A stretch of 63,763 nt of DNA, filler included, from Octopus bimaculoides (Eukaryota): the NCBI RefSeq assembly GCF_001194135.2. It is 7 parts of 5 records of this genome, joined end to end, with 100 filler letters (N's around TTAATTAATTAA, not from the genome) between each part and the next. Parts side by side here need not be neighbours in the genome. Positions count along the whole stretch, not along the records: positions 1 to 20,656 come from NC_068982.1; positions 20,757 to 45,666 come from NC_068982.1; 5 more parts are not named here. One strand, given 5' to 3'. Made by a program: the position numbers and the translations under genes. Positions 11,842 to 25,492 of the stretch are shown piece after piece. The notes under the pieces are model-generated. The model had not been told where the DNA came from. It ran no database searches and worked only from the letters and a program-made list of their open reading frames with translations. Within the stretch, counting starts at the first letter, position 1. Each line of letters opens with the position of its first letter.

Positions 11842-13113
11842 GTTGGTATTCAGATTTCATGCCCATGTTCTTTTTCCTTTCTATTATTGTAAATTATGAT
11901 GAATTGAAATATTTATAATATAGCACACACAGGCCTGATAAGCAAGAAGCCCACGGCACTGAGTGTGTGATTGTTCACTTAAAAACATTACATTTCACTT
12001 AAGAGAGTCAATGGTATTGACAATTGAAGAGCAATAGAGAATAACAAGGCACACACACACAGACATACGCAAATGCACCACACTCACACACACAAGAACA
12101 TACATATGAAATTCTTCTCTCTCTCTCTCTCAATATATATATATATATATATATATANNNNNNNNNNNNNNNNNNNNNNNNNNNNNNNNNNNNNNNNNNN
12201 NNNNNNNNNNNNNNNNNNNNNNNNNNNNNNNNNNNNNNNNNNNNNNNNNNNNNNNNNNNNNNNNNNNNNNNNNNNNNNNNNNNNNNNNNNNNNNNNNNNN
12301 NNNNNNNNNNNNNNNNNNNNNNNNNNNNNNNNNNNNNNNNNNNNNNNNNNNNNNNNNNNNNNNNNNNNNNNNNNNNNNNNNNNNNNNNNNNNNNNNNNNN
12401 NNNNNNNNNNNNNNNNNNNNNNNNNNNNNNNNNNNNNNNNNNNNNNNNNNNNNNNNNNNNNNNNNNNNNNNNNNNNNNNNNNNNNNNNNNNNNNNNNNNN
12501 NNNNNNNNNNNNNNNNNNNNNNNNNNNNNNNNNNNNNNNNNNNNNNNNNNNNNNNNNNNNNNNNNNNNNNNNNNNNNNNNNNNNNNNNNNNNNNNNNNNN
12601 NNNNNNNNNNNNNNNNNNNNNNNNNNNNNNNNNNNNNNNNNNNNNNNNNNNNNNNNNNNNNNNNNNNNNNNNNNNNNNNNNNNNNNNNNNNNNNNNNNNN
12701 NNNNNNNNNNNNNNNNNNNNNNNNNNNNNNNNNNNNNNNNNNNNNNNNNNNNNNNNNNNNNNNNNNNNNNNNNNNNNNNNNNNNNNNNNNNNNNNNNNNN
12801 NNNNNNNNNNNNNNNNNNNNNNNNNNNNNNNNNNNNNNNNNNNNNNNNNNNNNNNNNNNNNNNNNNNNNNNNNNNNNNNNNNNNNNNNNNNNNNNNNNNN
12901 ATTGATGAACCAAATATGTTGATTAATGAGCCAAATATTTGACTTAGATTCAATTTTTATTTGCATCATACAACTTTATTTTCTCTTGTATTACCAGCCA
13001 GAATAAGAGATGTTATTAAATGTGATCTATGACCCTAAAAGATAATTTTTACAAATAAATTATGGAGAAATTTTTTTTATTGATATAGAACTGCAAATAG
13101 TGAAGGTTTCTAT

Positions 13114-13144
<31 letters not shown>

Positions 13145-13256
13145 AGTGTGTGTGTGTGTGTGTGAGTGTGTGTGTGTGAGTGTGTGTGTGTGTGCGTGTG
13201 CGTGTGTAAATGAATAATGTGATCAAATAGCAAAGAGAAAAGATTAAACATTAGAT

Positions 13257-13925
13257 GCAGGTGTGTTAGGAAGCTTGCTTCCCAACCACATGGTTCCAGT
13301 TTCAGTCCCACTGCAGAGCGCTTTGACCAAGTATCTTCTACTTTAGCCTCAGGCCAATCGACGCCTTGTGAGTGGATTTGGTAGACAGAAACTGGGGGTG
13401 AGGTGGTGAAGCATGATCTTTCAACATTGGGCCTCACAGAGGCAATGATTAGTGACCGAAAGCTTCCACAATATGCTGTGCTTGAGAAGAAGACCCATCA
13501 AGCCAAGTGAAATTGTAGTCATGGCAGATACTGGTGTCTCACAACTGGAACCCTTGCTGGTGGCAAGTAAAAGCACTCTCAGAGGGGTTGGCATTAGGAA
13601 GGGCAACTGGCTGTAGAAACCATCCCAAATCTCTCAGCTTTGGTCAAACCATCCAACCCATGCCAGCATGGACAACAGATGTTAAATGATGATGATATAT
13701 GTGTGTGTGTGTGTTTCTTATGTCTGTGTTTGTCCCCCACCATCACTTGATAACCAGTGTTGGTGTGATTACATCCCCATAACTTAGCAGTTTTGCAAAA
13801 GAGATCGATAGAATAAGGTGTCAGACTTAAAGAAAGAAAGTACTAGGCTTGATTTGCTTAACTAAAAATTCTTCAAGGCAGTGCCCCAGCATGGCTACAG
13901 TCCAATAACAGAAATAAGCAAAAGA
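13257..13925 (+). mobile_element. SINE family B interrupted by an RTE-LINE 3' tail (~13395-13697)
   Basis: The family B head (gcttgcttcccaaccacatggttcc..cccactgc..tttgaccaagtatcttctac) and tail (tgtttgtccccc..ttgataaccagtgttggtg..cagcatggc) are split by a sequence ending ccatccaacccatgccagcatgga..gttaaatgatgatgat. Confidence 0.7.
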
Positions 13926-14122
13926 TAAAAAATACTAAATATATAATTTTTCTCTAAAATAATTTTACAGCTGAAATTAATCTTTTAGTTTTTCTCTCCA
14001 GGTATTAAAATAGTAAAATTGATTTTGAGGAAGATTAGCTGTAAAGATTATAGGATTTATGGAGTGTGTTTATTCCATTCTAATTGTTCTCTGTCATAAA
14101 ACATCTTTCCTCTTCTCAACAG

Positions 14123-14242
14123 ACCTGCAAGATGTTACAGAAAGGAGCTAAACGTCACTACATTGATGAACAGAAGGTTCCATATTTAGTGCTGGGGGAT
14201 CAATGGGTTGGATATGAAGATGAGGAAAGTGTCAGAGAAAAG
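14123..14242 (+). CDS. GH18 chitinase exon E (insertion-domain C-terminal part)
   Basis: ttcctcttctcaacAG| acceptor, aag|GTAAGG donor, 120 nt. Reads TCKMLQKGAKRHYIDEQKVPYLVLGDQWVGYEDEESVREK (VPY..GDQWVGYED motif). Confidence 0.95.
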
Positions 14243-15071
14243 GTAAGGATTAAAACATCACAATCTGCTTTACAATGGAACCAAACTCACCATAATCCTC
14301 ATGCAATTTTTCATCCTAACTTTGTTTTTTTTTCCTTTTTTTTCTTATATATTGATTTCCAGTTAACTGAGATCAATCAATTACAGATGGAATATCAATA
14401 TATTTCACATCAATTAATCAAACTCAAAGTCGTTACATCAAGCTGGGTCATTCCATCTTTTTTTCCACTTTCTCTGATTCAATCGAAGGAGATTAAATTT
14501 AGAATCCAAACAACAATGGTTTTGCTTCTCTTATGTCGGTTCCAGCTCAGCAGTGGATTAATATCTACGTTTGAACAAATATTCTGATTGATCTTTGTGG
14601 TTGTTGTTGTATTTTAGTTTCAGATAGTTTCATCAAAGGCTTTGGACATCTCTATTTACAAGTAGCTCAGGACTGTATTATATGGTGTGATTTAAGGGAA
14701 ATTTGAATGCTATTTCTAGCAGGTCAAGTGACCACATAAAAGCTTTCTTGGAGGTTTGAAACAGGCTCTGGTGTTAAGATCCTTATCTGTCCTGACTGAG
14801 TAGATCTAGGGTCAAAAGCATTCTAGCCATGACCAACATGTCTTTTTGTGTATGAGTGACTACATTATCCAATGTATTCTTTACTTTAGACATTAAGGTG
14901 TAATTTGAGATGAGATTTGGTTGCTATTTCTAACAGGCTGAGCAACTAGTGATGTGTCTGTTTTTGATTATCAAAGTATATTCATTATGCTTACCAGAAT
15001 TATGATGAGTCTCCACCAACTCAGTGAGAAATGTTCAGGTAAAACATCTGCTTGTGGAATGAATTATTGTG

Positions 15072-15115
<44 letters not shown>

Positions 15116-15239
15116 GTGGGGGAGATGTTTCAGTGTGAATGTGTGTAGAAACAAGCAAATGCATGTTTGGATTGAAGCAAACTGAACATAGCAGTAATTA
15201 ACTAATTATGATAATAACCCTTTTGAGTAACAGAATGTC

Positions 15240-17160
15240 TTCATTCTTCAAATGCTCTTATTGATGGTCAAATTGTACACTACACTCTTACTGCTATTTC
15301 CTCCAATGCATCTATTATAAATGAAATTCTTCTTCTTCTCTGTCAGACTCTTTTGTGTGTTCATTATTTGTATTGAGCCATTTCCCAGTTTGGAGCAGTT
15401 TTCTGCTTTCCATAATTTTCATCATTGCTAAATTGATTTCTATGTTTCTCATTTCTTGACTATGCTTTCGTGTACATTTGGAATTGTCTTCTAATTATTC
15501 ATCTATGAGAACTCGGTTGTTGGCATTCAAAACTTCCCATGGACAGACAATCTTCAACTTCTCTGTCATCGTTTTGATATCTATAATAAATCAAATCCTG
15601 AAAAATACCTACTTGTTCACAAATTTGCTCGTTGAGTTCATCACTAACTCTTACTTTGCTCACAGCAACCAAATTCATGGTTTATATGGATCTCACAAAC
15701 CATTCCTTTAACTCTGTTGAATGCAGTACTTTGTCAATAAAAATTATAATACTTTGTCCTTGACTAAAAAGTTCTCTTGCAGTTGCATTGAAGAAGATAT
15801 TGGTGGTTCCATAAACCAAAACAGTATCTCATCTTTGTTCTCTCTCTGGTTAGCTTTCTTGTAACACTCTTCAACACTTTCGTGATTTAATTTATTGATG
15901 CAAAACCTCTGTCTTACTTCTTTCCTAAGCATCTTGTAGCAGTTAACTAGGCTACAACTACACCAATCATTTTCATTCAAGCATTTCTCTTCATTACCTG
16001 GTCAACCATGTGAACAACCAGCACACGATATTTCCCTGCTGATCTAACTGCTTTTTGTGCCTTTCATATTCTTAATAACTCTTATTCGTATATGACATTA
16101 AAGCTTGATAACTAATCTCTCTCTTCATCCTTACCATTTAACATTTATTTTCCATGTTGGCATTGGTTGGATGATTAGACAAGGAGCTGGCAAACCAGAG
16201 AGCTGCACCAAGCTCCAATTGTCTGTTTTGGCAAGGTTTCTATGTCTGCATGCCCTTCCTAAAGCCAACCATTTTACAGGGCACACTGGGCGCTTTTTAT
16301 GTGGAACCAGCACCAGTGCATTATGCCTGACATCAGCATTGGTGCCTTATATGTGGAATGGTACAAGTGCTTTATATGTGGCACTGGTACAGTTAGTTCA
16401 TATGTGACACCAGCTGGGGATTTTTACATGTGGTACCAACATGGATACTTTATACCTAGCATCAGTACATGTCCTTTATATGTGGCACGAGTATGACTGC
16501 TTTTTACTTGGCGCCATGACCTCTTTTATTCCATTATTCTCTTCATTCAACAACAGCTTGCTCTATCACTACCCTAACACCTCTCTTCTCAGTATTAACG
16601 AGGATTAACTGTAATGTCTTCATTTATTCTGATGCATTGCCTCTCAATCTGGCACATCGTATGCCTCTCATTCTCACAGCATAGAACATAGGCAAACCTT
16701 TTTCTTTCAGTATCACATGTTGGAAGATCTATCAAACATGTGGCTTCTCTTTTAGCTACCTGATATTATTCATAAGTTCAGCACATCTTCCACCTGTCTC
16801 TTAGCTTCTATTGTCTCTATCTACTCTACTAATCCACCACCATATAATCCTAATCCTAACTGGGTCTTACTCCATCACAGATTTTATTTGCAGATCACAA
16901 AAATGTCTGATTGTCCTTTATCTCTTCTTTCTGTCATCATGACTACTTTTTGAAAGTTACAAATGGCAGCAGACTATATTAACTTCTGAGTCTCCCTTCT
17001 ACAGCTTTAAATGGTACATTCTTCATCAGGAAAGACTTAGCGTTCACAATCAGCTAAATATCTCTGTCATTTCTTGATGAGGATGAAGTCTGATTCACCT
17101 GTTTACCTGAGGAGTAAGTGATCACGTGGTTAATCAGCTTTCTGAAGGTTCTTGAAAAGT
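15240..17160 (-). mobile_element. Highly decayed RTE-like LINE remnant (endonuclease and RT traces)
   Basis: Broken minus-strand similarity to APE (TF..P..L.T..S....QID..L, H..V.CD) at 16900-17160 and to RT N-terminal motifs at 15500-16000. Judged by eye only. Confidence 0.4.
16270..16520. repeat. Degenerate ~22-24 bp minisatellite
   Basis: Repeated tttatatgtggcaccagca..gtgc-like units. Confidence 0.65.
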
Positions 17161-17329
17161 CTGGATGAAAATGAACTTGTAATTAGTTTATCATCTACGC
17201 AAATACATTAACCAATTCAGCCAACATTATCATCAAATAATTCACACCATCAAAATAGAAAAAAATAATAGAATAATTAAGTTCAAAAATAATTTTTGCT
17301 TTAAATAAATTTCTTTTCTTGACTTGTAG

Positions 17330-17463
17330 GTTCACTACCTGAGAATGCATGGTATAAATGGAATGATGATTTGGGCAATTGATCTTGATGACTATAAAAA
17401 TTACTGCAACAAAGGCTCATATCCCATGATGCATACAGTCATAAAAGCTTTGAAAGACACTGA
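17330..17463 (+). CDS. GH18 chitinase exon F (end of catalytic barrel)
   Basis: ttttcttgacttgtAG| acceptor, ga|GTAAGT donor. Reads VHYLRMHGINGMMIWAIDLDDYKNYCNKGSYPMMHTVIKALKDT(E), with the conserved G..IWAIDLDD..C..G.YP motif. Confidence 0.94.
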
Positions 17464-18985
17464 GTAAGTCCTGTTTAATCTTTTTTCTTTTTTTTAAAAA
17501 AAAGCATTCGCTCGTTACAAGGTTGTTAGACCACTGAAAATGTAAGAGCTACTAAAATAAAATGGATGCTAGACAGAAGTGAATAGGTGACGATGTACAT
17601 TAGACTTAAAAGACTGGAGAAGGACATATTGAAGAAGAAAACAAGACTGTGGACTTGTTTTTGTGAAAGATTGCTTTTGATTTCAACAGATTTTCAAAAT
17701 TGCAGGATCATTTTGGATTCTGCTTAATGTCTTTGAATTAATGTTGTCTATCAGTTGGGTTTTTTTTTACTTATAGTAATAAATATTTTCTATATGAACT
17801 ATTCATTTTCATCAGAAAATAATAGAAATAAAATATTTGGCATAATAAAATGTGCACCCCACCCTTACTACACACAAAGTAGTACTTACATTACCTTTGG
17901 TGGTGCCCCTTCTACAGGGACATTAACCAAATGCAATGACAGTTCAGACAACAGAAAGGGCATCTAAATGATAAGTATTTGCTAACATGCTAAAATTCTT
18001 AATCTAACAAAAATTGTCTTCTTTCTCACTTTTCTACAGCTGTTTCTCTGGGGTTGCAAGCTTCAATAATCCCATTCATTTTTACCTGATGTATCTGCTT
18101 TTTATTCCTCACAAAACAACCAAACTGAATACTTTGTCCAATCCTTCTTCTATAGAGCTGCTGCTGCTGCTTGGAACACCCTCCCACCCAATCTTTTCCA
18201 GACAGAACTCAAAGCTCATCAACTAAGTTGATTTAAGAAGGATCACAAGAACCATGGAGCTCACTGACAAAGAAAAATAATAGGAGTTGGTCCAATGGGT
18301 CTTTGACTTCCAATGGTTAATGTTTAACCAGTGTCTCATAGCACAATCGAAGGCATTTGATGTTTTGCATTCGTAAGATTTCAAGCTATTTACTCTATAA
18401 GGCCCCACTTTGTGTCAGGGTTCCTTTTTCAGTGAATTGGAGCAATATGAAATGAAGTGCCTTGTCTAAAGACACAATTCACTACCTGTTCTGGGAGTCA
18501 AACCCATAACATTACCATCAATGTGTCCAATAGGCCATGAGTTTTCACAGTACATATTGAGTTCAATCATATTTTTTTCTCTTTTTGTCTCAAAGAAACT
18601 AACTTAAAACTAAAACAAAAACTTTCGACATAAAATAAATAAATATAAATATAAATGTGTGTGTGTTTGTGTTTGTGTATTTCTCAAACCAGTGCTTGAC
18701 AACCAGTGTTGGTGTGTTTACATCCCTGTGACTTAGCTGTTGGGCAAAAGAATCCATTAGAATAAGTACCAGGCTTAGAAAAAAAAGAAAAAATCTAAGT
18801 ACTAGGATTGATTCATTTGACTTCTTCAAGGCAATGCTCCAGTATGACCGCAGTCTAATGACTGAAACAAGGAAAAAATAACAAAATATATTTTCCCTTT
18901 TATGTCAATAATTTCTGCCTGTGTAAAGATTCTTTGCTTTCTAAATGTTTTACATTTCTGTTTTATTTCTGTTTTATTTTACAGA

Positions 18986-19011
18986 AATTTACGTCCTGAA
19001 GACAAAGCTGG
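18986..19011 (+). CDS. Chitinase 26-nt linker micro-exon G
   Basis: Long T-rich tract plus tacAG acceptor and g|GTGTGT donor. Reads (E)NLRPEDKA(G). It supplies the phase 2 to phase 1 conversion needed between exons F and H. Confidence 0.75.
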
Positions 19012-19951
19012 TGTGTATTGAATTTTCAATTTCTCTCACCTTGTTGTGGTTCAATTCAACCTCAGTATTAATGAGGGTGAATGCATGAGACATAAGGGGT
19101 TTGGGTATTTGGCTGACCTAACGCCAGGAGCTTGATTCACAGTGCTACATTGTGTCCTTCAGCAAGATACTTTCATTCATGTTGTTCTAGTCCAACCAGT
19201 TGGCCAGAATGAGTTGTACCTGTAATTCAAGAGGGGCCATCCTTGTCACATCCTGTGCCATGCTGAATTTCTCTGAGAATTATGTTAAGTGTATGCATGT
19301 CTGTGGAGTACTCAGTCACATGTATGTTAATTTCATGAGCAAGCTGTTCTGTTGATTGGTTCAACTGGAACACACATCGTCATAACTGATGGAGTTTCAG
19401 TATTAATGAGATCAATATTTCTCCAAAATATTTAGGTTTCTATTGGTTCTGTTGGGATTTGGTAATTCTTATTTGAAACGAATTAGATATGAACAAAAAA
19501 AGAGAAAAACAATCTTCATTATTCCATGAAAAACAGAAAAAGGATTCTATGTTGAATGTTCTTTGACAAAAGGACACACAAGACATAATCAAAACTCTTA
19601 TGCTGCAGTTTGATCCTTACGGAAATATTTGTTCAATTTGATCCTAATTCTCATACAAAAACTGCTTTATCACTGACAAAACACCAAAGTCAATTTTTTT
19701 CCCCATAACTTTCCTATGAATATAATGCAAAATCTTAATAATGTTTATGTTATGAATGCTAAAACTTAAAAATACCCTATAAATATTATTTAGGGAGATT
19801 GTTTTGATTTAAAGAGAGATTATTAAAACAATAGAGGTAGGATATGAACTGCTGTTGCTTCAGATGGTAGTAAAATGTATTTTCTGCTTAAACATTTATG
19901 AGATGTTCTTAAAATGTGCAATTACTGAATGGTTTCCATTTCATTTATCAG

Positions 19952-20142
19952 GAATGATTAAAGACAACAAATTTTGCTTCAGAAAGAAAGCAGGTTTCTA
20001 TGCAGATCCCAGTAACTGTCGAAATTATATTTACTGTGGTTCAGTAATGGAGAAATATACAGGACATTGCAACAAGGGTCATCGGTGGAATGATACAAAA
20101 AAATCATGCGAAGTTGATCAGAGCAACAGTTGCACACAATAG
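19952..20142 (+). CDS. Chitinase terminal exon H: CBM14/peritrophin-A chitin-binding domain plus stop
   Basis: ttcatttatcAG|ga acceptor. Reads (G)MIKDNKFCFRKKAGFYADPSNCRNYIYCGSVMEKYTGHCNKGHRWNDTKKSCEVDQSNSCTQ*, with six cysteines in CBM14 spacing and the G.YADP..C motif. Confidence 0.92.
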
Positions 20143-20756
20143 TTGCTTGTAAGTTAGTTGCATTTTCTTTTTAAAATCTTTTACATTTTATTTAAAAATT
20201 TAAGAGTACCCTAAGATAGACACATACCATCTGCAATGTGCAACATTTGAAAATTTTGCTGGAAAGCATGTAATCGATGCAGTTATGTGAACTAACAAGT
20301 TCCATCCCTCACTTAATTCCTAAAATCTTGGCTTATCAAAGCTTCACCAGAACACATTCAATTTTGCAGATAGACAACTATACACAGATTTACAACCACA
20401 TAACATTACATATATAGTCATGTTGGTAATTAATTTAATGTTGATTCATCATCTAGCATTTAATTTATCTGTCATCCGTACATAAAAAGGAGTCCATTTT
20501 GAAATTTAAAAAATTGGTTTATGCTCAAACCTCAGTTTAATTCTAAAGGTTAACCAGTACATCAATAGCTTCTCCTACCCATCCACATAATTTTTCTCTC
20601 TTTCTTTTTCCATCAACTATCTACTGTCCCACCCAGCCCTCCCACCAGCCTATATANNNNNNNNNNNNNNNNNNNNNNNNNNNNNNNNNNNNNNNNNNNN
20701 TTAATTAATTAANNNNNNNNNNNNNNNNNNNNNNNNNNNNNNNNNNNNNNNNNNNN

Positions 20757-21100
20757 TGATCCGATCAACGGAACAGCCTGCTCGTGAAATTAACGTGCAA
20801 GTGGCTGAGCACTCCACAGACACGAGTACCCTTTACGTAGTTCTCGGGGATATTCAGCGTGACACAGTGTGACAAGGCTGGCCCTTTGAAATACGGGTAC
20901 AACAGAAACAGGAAGAAAGAGTGAGAGAAAGTTGTGGTGGAAGAGTACAGCAGGGTTCGCCACAACACCCCTGCCGGAGCCTCGTGGAGCTTTAGGTGTT
21001 TTCGCTTAATAAACACTCACAACGCCCGATCTGGAAATCGAAACCGCGATCCTATGACCGCGAGTCCGCTGCCCTAACCACGGGGTCATTGCGCTTCCAC
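20757..21100 (-). mobile_element. SINE family C. Other copies: 18380-18540(-), 19085-19400(+), 24450-24960(+), 53500-53790(+)
   Basis: Shared gtgtccttgagcaagaca..ctccagt.cactcagctg..tgtctgtggagtgctcagccacttgcacgttaatt..acgagcaggctgttccgttgatcgga. Confidence 0.75.
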
Positions 21101-21992
21101 ATAACCGTATGTACTGCATATATAGATATGTTTTTATAGTTAGCTGAGAAACAGTTGATTAACTTGAGGCAATTCATAAAATTACTAGATAAAAACCACC
21201 TCTTTGAGCGTGTAATATCTAACAAAAGAAAGAAAGAAAGCAAAAAGCGAATAATGATAACTTCACACAAACACACACACACACCTGAAATTTTTCGACA
21301 ATCTAAACAATGAGGATACGAGCGGGTCTGGTGTTTAAAGCCAATTGCTGGAAGCAATGTTTAATTGAAAATGTATGGTGGAGAGACAAGTCTCGCTGCC
21401 ACACATTTTAAAGATGTAAGGAAAGAGTGAGAAAGAATAATATTGAATCATTAGATTAATATTTAAATCAGAGCTAAATTTGAAATATAATGTAATAGAC
21501 GGATATCACTACTCTAATCATCCCAGTGATATGCTATATATATCCACAATAGGACAATAAGAGTTGTTCAACGTAAATGTAGCGGTCAGTATTATTCGGG
21601 CATTAGATGAATTCCTAAAGGTCGGTTCCGTCGCATTCCAGACACTTTAGATAGGCTCTGCTGACGACATTAACCATTTTTATAGGATACACCTCCAAAC
21701 ATTCATTGCTACCCACTTCAAGTAACATAAGTACAACAAGGATATTTAGTGGATGTCTATAACCTCCTATTTGAATTTGTTTTTCTTTTTTCGAAGAGAC
21801 TCATCAGCTGATCCCCAGGATGTCTTCATGTAAATATAGAGAAAGCATTCTATCCATTATTTACATTTGACGGTTATTTGTCCTCATCTTGTTTGTTGTT
21901 AACACAACGTCTCGGCTGATATACCCTCCAGCCTTCAAGTGACTTGGGGAAATTTCGAACCTGGGTTCTCATTCCTAAGGTATTTTTTTCGA

Positions 21993-22042
<50 letters not shown>

Positions 22043-22759
22043 TCATTGCCTGGAATTGAACNNNNNNNNNNNNNNNNNNNNNNNNNNNNNNNNNNNNNNN
22101 NNNNNNNNNNNNNNNNNNNNNNNNNNNNNNNNNNNNNNNNNNNNNNNNNNNNNNNNNNNNNNNNNNNNNNNNNNNNNNNNNNNNNNNNNNNNNNNNNNNN
22201 NNNNNNNNNNNNNNNNNNNNNNNNNNNNNNNNNNNNNNNNNNNNNNNNNNNNNNNNNNNNNNNNNNNNNNNNNNNNNNNNNNNNNNNNNNNNNNNNNNNN
22301 NNNNNNNNNNNNNNNNNNNNNNNNNNNNNNNNNNNNNNNNNNNNNNNNNNNNNNNNNNNNNNNNNNNNNNNNNNNNNNNNNNNNNNNNNNNNNNNNNNNN
22401 NNNNNNNNNNNNNNNNNNNNNNNNNNNNNNNNNNNNNNNNNNNNNNNNNNNNNNNNNNNNNNNNNNNNNNNNNNNNNNNNNNNNNNNNNNNNNNNNNNNN
22501 NNNNNNNNNNNNNNNNNNNNNNNNNNNNNNNNNNNNNNNNNNNNNNNNNNNNNNNNNNNNNNNNNNNNNNNNNNNNNNNNNNNNNNNNNNNNNNNNNNNN
22601 NNNNNNNNNNNNNNNNNNNNNNNNNNNNNNNNNNNNNNNNNNNNNNNNNNNNNNNNNNNNNNNNNNNNNNNNNNNNNNNNNNNNNNNNNNNNNNNNNNNN
22701 NNNNNNNNNNNNNNNNNNNNNNNNNGTTTTGCTTTTTTCTTTTTAAATTTGCTGTTTTA

Positions 22760-22788
22760 CCCTAACCCTAACCCTAACCCTAACCCTA
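22760..22788. repeat. Short interstitial (CCCTAA)n array inside a dispersed repeat
   Basis: ccctaa x4 plus ccctat, next to an N gap. Confidence 0.8.
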
Positions 22789-24595
22789 TCACCGATAGAA
22801 TTGTTTCAGAATCGTTTGTTTATGTAGTCGGCACTTAATGTATATCGACTGAATGGACGTCAGTGATTGGTTGAAATTACAGAAATACGACAACTTTAAC
22901 ATTGAATAACTTAGGGATTTCTTTTTTTTTTAAAGAAGACTAAGAGAAAAAGATGTTTTATATGACACATTCTACCAGTGTTCCAAGTTTCAAAGTGTTT
23001 CGTTAATGAAAAATGTGGCCCCCGTTTTAAAAAAGATCCCAGAAGTATTCTATCTTCATGCATATTCACCAGTAACCCACACTAGAATGATGAACTTGAT
23101 ATTCCAACAGGTGCATCGCGCGACTAGCACGAGACGGAGCATCTCGTGACATTCCTTACATTCCTTATGCCAGACATTCAGTTTTTAGCAGTTCGGTCGT
23201 GAAGTTTACAACTTTCATGTGTGCTAGCAGACATGTCTTAGGAGACAACATCTCTGAAAATTATAGTCTTTGTTATACACTTGTCCTTTCTACTACGTTG
23301 AGAGTTGTTTATTGTTTTCTACTTTGCGCCGGGAAGTAAACGTTTTTACATATTTATTGTAGCGCGAAATTAAAGGCATGAAATATAGTAGCTACTTTAG
23401 TGGGCTGTGGATTCTACAAAAGAAAAAGAAAATAGCACAGGCACGAATGGATGCTCAAAATGTTTTCTTTATAACCGCGTGGTTCTAGGTTCGGTCCCAC
23501 TGCTAAGGATCTCGAGCACGTGTATTCTACTATAGCAACCAGTTGATTAGTGCTGTAGTTGAAATTTGGAACACAGAAACAGTACGGAAACCCAACCTAT
23601 GTGAACGCGCGCGCGCACACACACACTCACACACACACACACGCACACACACACACACATACTGTCATTGTTTATGTTCTATTCTATCCGAGCTACTTTT
23701 CTTAGCGTTACGCTAAAGATGTAGGTAGATAAAAACGTTCTACAGAATCTATATATAAACTAGTCAATAAAAAGCTAATGGTGTGTTGCGTGTTTGTGTG
23801 CGTGCATGTGTGTACATGTGTATACGTACCTGTGTGTGCATGTGTGTATGCTTGAGTATATTGAAGGATGTTTGGTGTGGTAGAAATTTATTGGCAATGA
23901 CGCATTTTATTGCTTTATAGCTAGTAACCATAAAAAGAAACTATAAACAGCGTTATTTATACCAAAGGCTGTTAAACTATTCTTCATGGCTGTAATGAAT
24001 AGTTTATATGATTAACATGAATTTGTAACATAAGCAGAAGGTCACTATTTATCAGAAATATTATTGTCGATATTACATTGATCAATATTTTTTTTACTGA
24101 TATGAGGCCGTGAATGCAAGTTAACTTCATGGATCGTGATTGGTTTAGTGATTACAATGTTCAGCCCATGATCAAAAGTTGTCAGTTAAATTCCTGGATT
24201 GGGCAGCGCAGCGTGTTCTTGAGCAAGGTGCTTCATTTCTCGTTGTTCTAATCTACTAAATTCTATTGAGCGCCAGCCAAGCGCTTGTGCTGCCCTTTTC
24301 CCCTTTATATGTTACGACCTCAATGTCCCGCTGCATGCGGGAAAACCGTTTGAAATTTGCGTTTATGGGATTTTGTCGTACGTGGAATGTAGAGGGTGGA
24401 CATGCAAGAGATTTAATTTTTACAGAAGCGACTAACTGATTACAGTATTCGGCTCACGATCGTAAGGTTGCGCGTTGTGTCCTTGAGCAAGACACATTAT
24501 ATCGCGTTGCTCCAGTTCACTCAGCTGAGGAAAATGGATTGTACCTGTATTTGAAAAGGCCAACTTTGTTATATTCTGTGTAACGTTGAATTTTC

Positions 24596-24814
24596 TTATT
24601 CTTTATTGCCCACAAGGGGCTGAACATAGAGGGGATAATCAAGAACAGACAAACGGTTTAAGTAGATTACATGCGTAACTGGTACTTATTTAATCGACCC
24701 CGAATGAATGAAAGGCTAAGTCGACCTCGGCGGAATTTGAACTCAGAACGTAGCAGCAAACGAAATACCGCTAAGCATTTCACCCAGCGTGTTAACGTGT
24801 CTGCCAGCTCGCCG
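24596..24814 (-). mobile_element. SINE family A (LINE-type tail) nested in a family C SINE
   Basis: 12-bp TSD CGTTGAATTTTC at 24584-24595 and 24815-24826. Confidence 0.85.
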
Positions 24815-25492
24815 CGTTGAATTTTCCCCAGAGCTATGTTAAGGGTATGCGTGTCTGTGGAGTGCTCAGCCACTTGCACGTTAATTCCACGAGAAAGCTG
24901 TTCCGTTGATCGGATAAACAAGAATACCCGTCATCGTACCCGACGGTGTGTCAGTTTTCTAAGGGTCCTTGCCTCTACATGCTAAATCTTCCACAAACGT
25001 TCAAATACAATAATTCAAAACATTACTTGTTATTCAAAACACCATCTGTCCTACTCAGTCCAGGAACATGCAAAATAATTACAGTAGCAACTTTATTATA
25101 CACCCGCCTCAAAAAAGTATGTAGGAATATACCCTGACAGGGATAACTGTAGAATAATAAAAGCAGTTGCCTTCTTTTTGGGGTCTACGGTACTGCCTCC
25201 GCTGCATCACCACAAGGAATTACGACAGAAACAGTCAGGACAGATAAGAATATGCAACACGCTATACTAAAAAATACCATACTGCATTCAATAGGCTGCA
25301 TGTCAGAGTTTATATCATGGTTTTAAAATATGATTGTACCCATTTTTTTCATTCGATATCCTTGGACAAAAGAGTCCTTCTATAATTCATATATTTTACT
25401 TAACACGTTACTCTCGCCAGTTATCACTCGTCTGTCACTGACCTACAACAAATCATCTCTAATTTATATGTGAGTAGCAAAGGTCAACATTT

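Noticed and set aside
16270-16520. CRISPR-like regular repeats
   Set aside because: Degenerate tandem units without unique spacers or cas genes, in a eukaryotic context.
22760-22788. Telomere or chromosome-end signature
   Set aside because: Fewer than five units, embedded in a dispersed repeat.
23170-23262. Possible minus-strand terminal exon MLSPKTCLLAHMKVVNFTTELLKTECLA*
   Set aside because: Short, no recognisable homology, and no compatible upstream exon identified.
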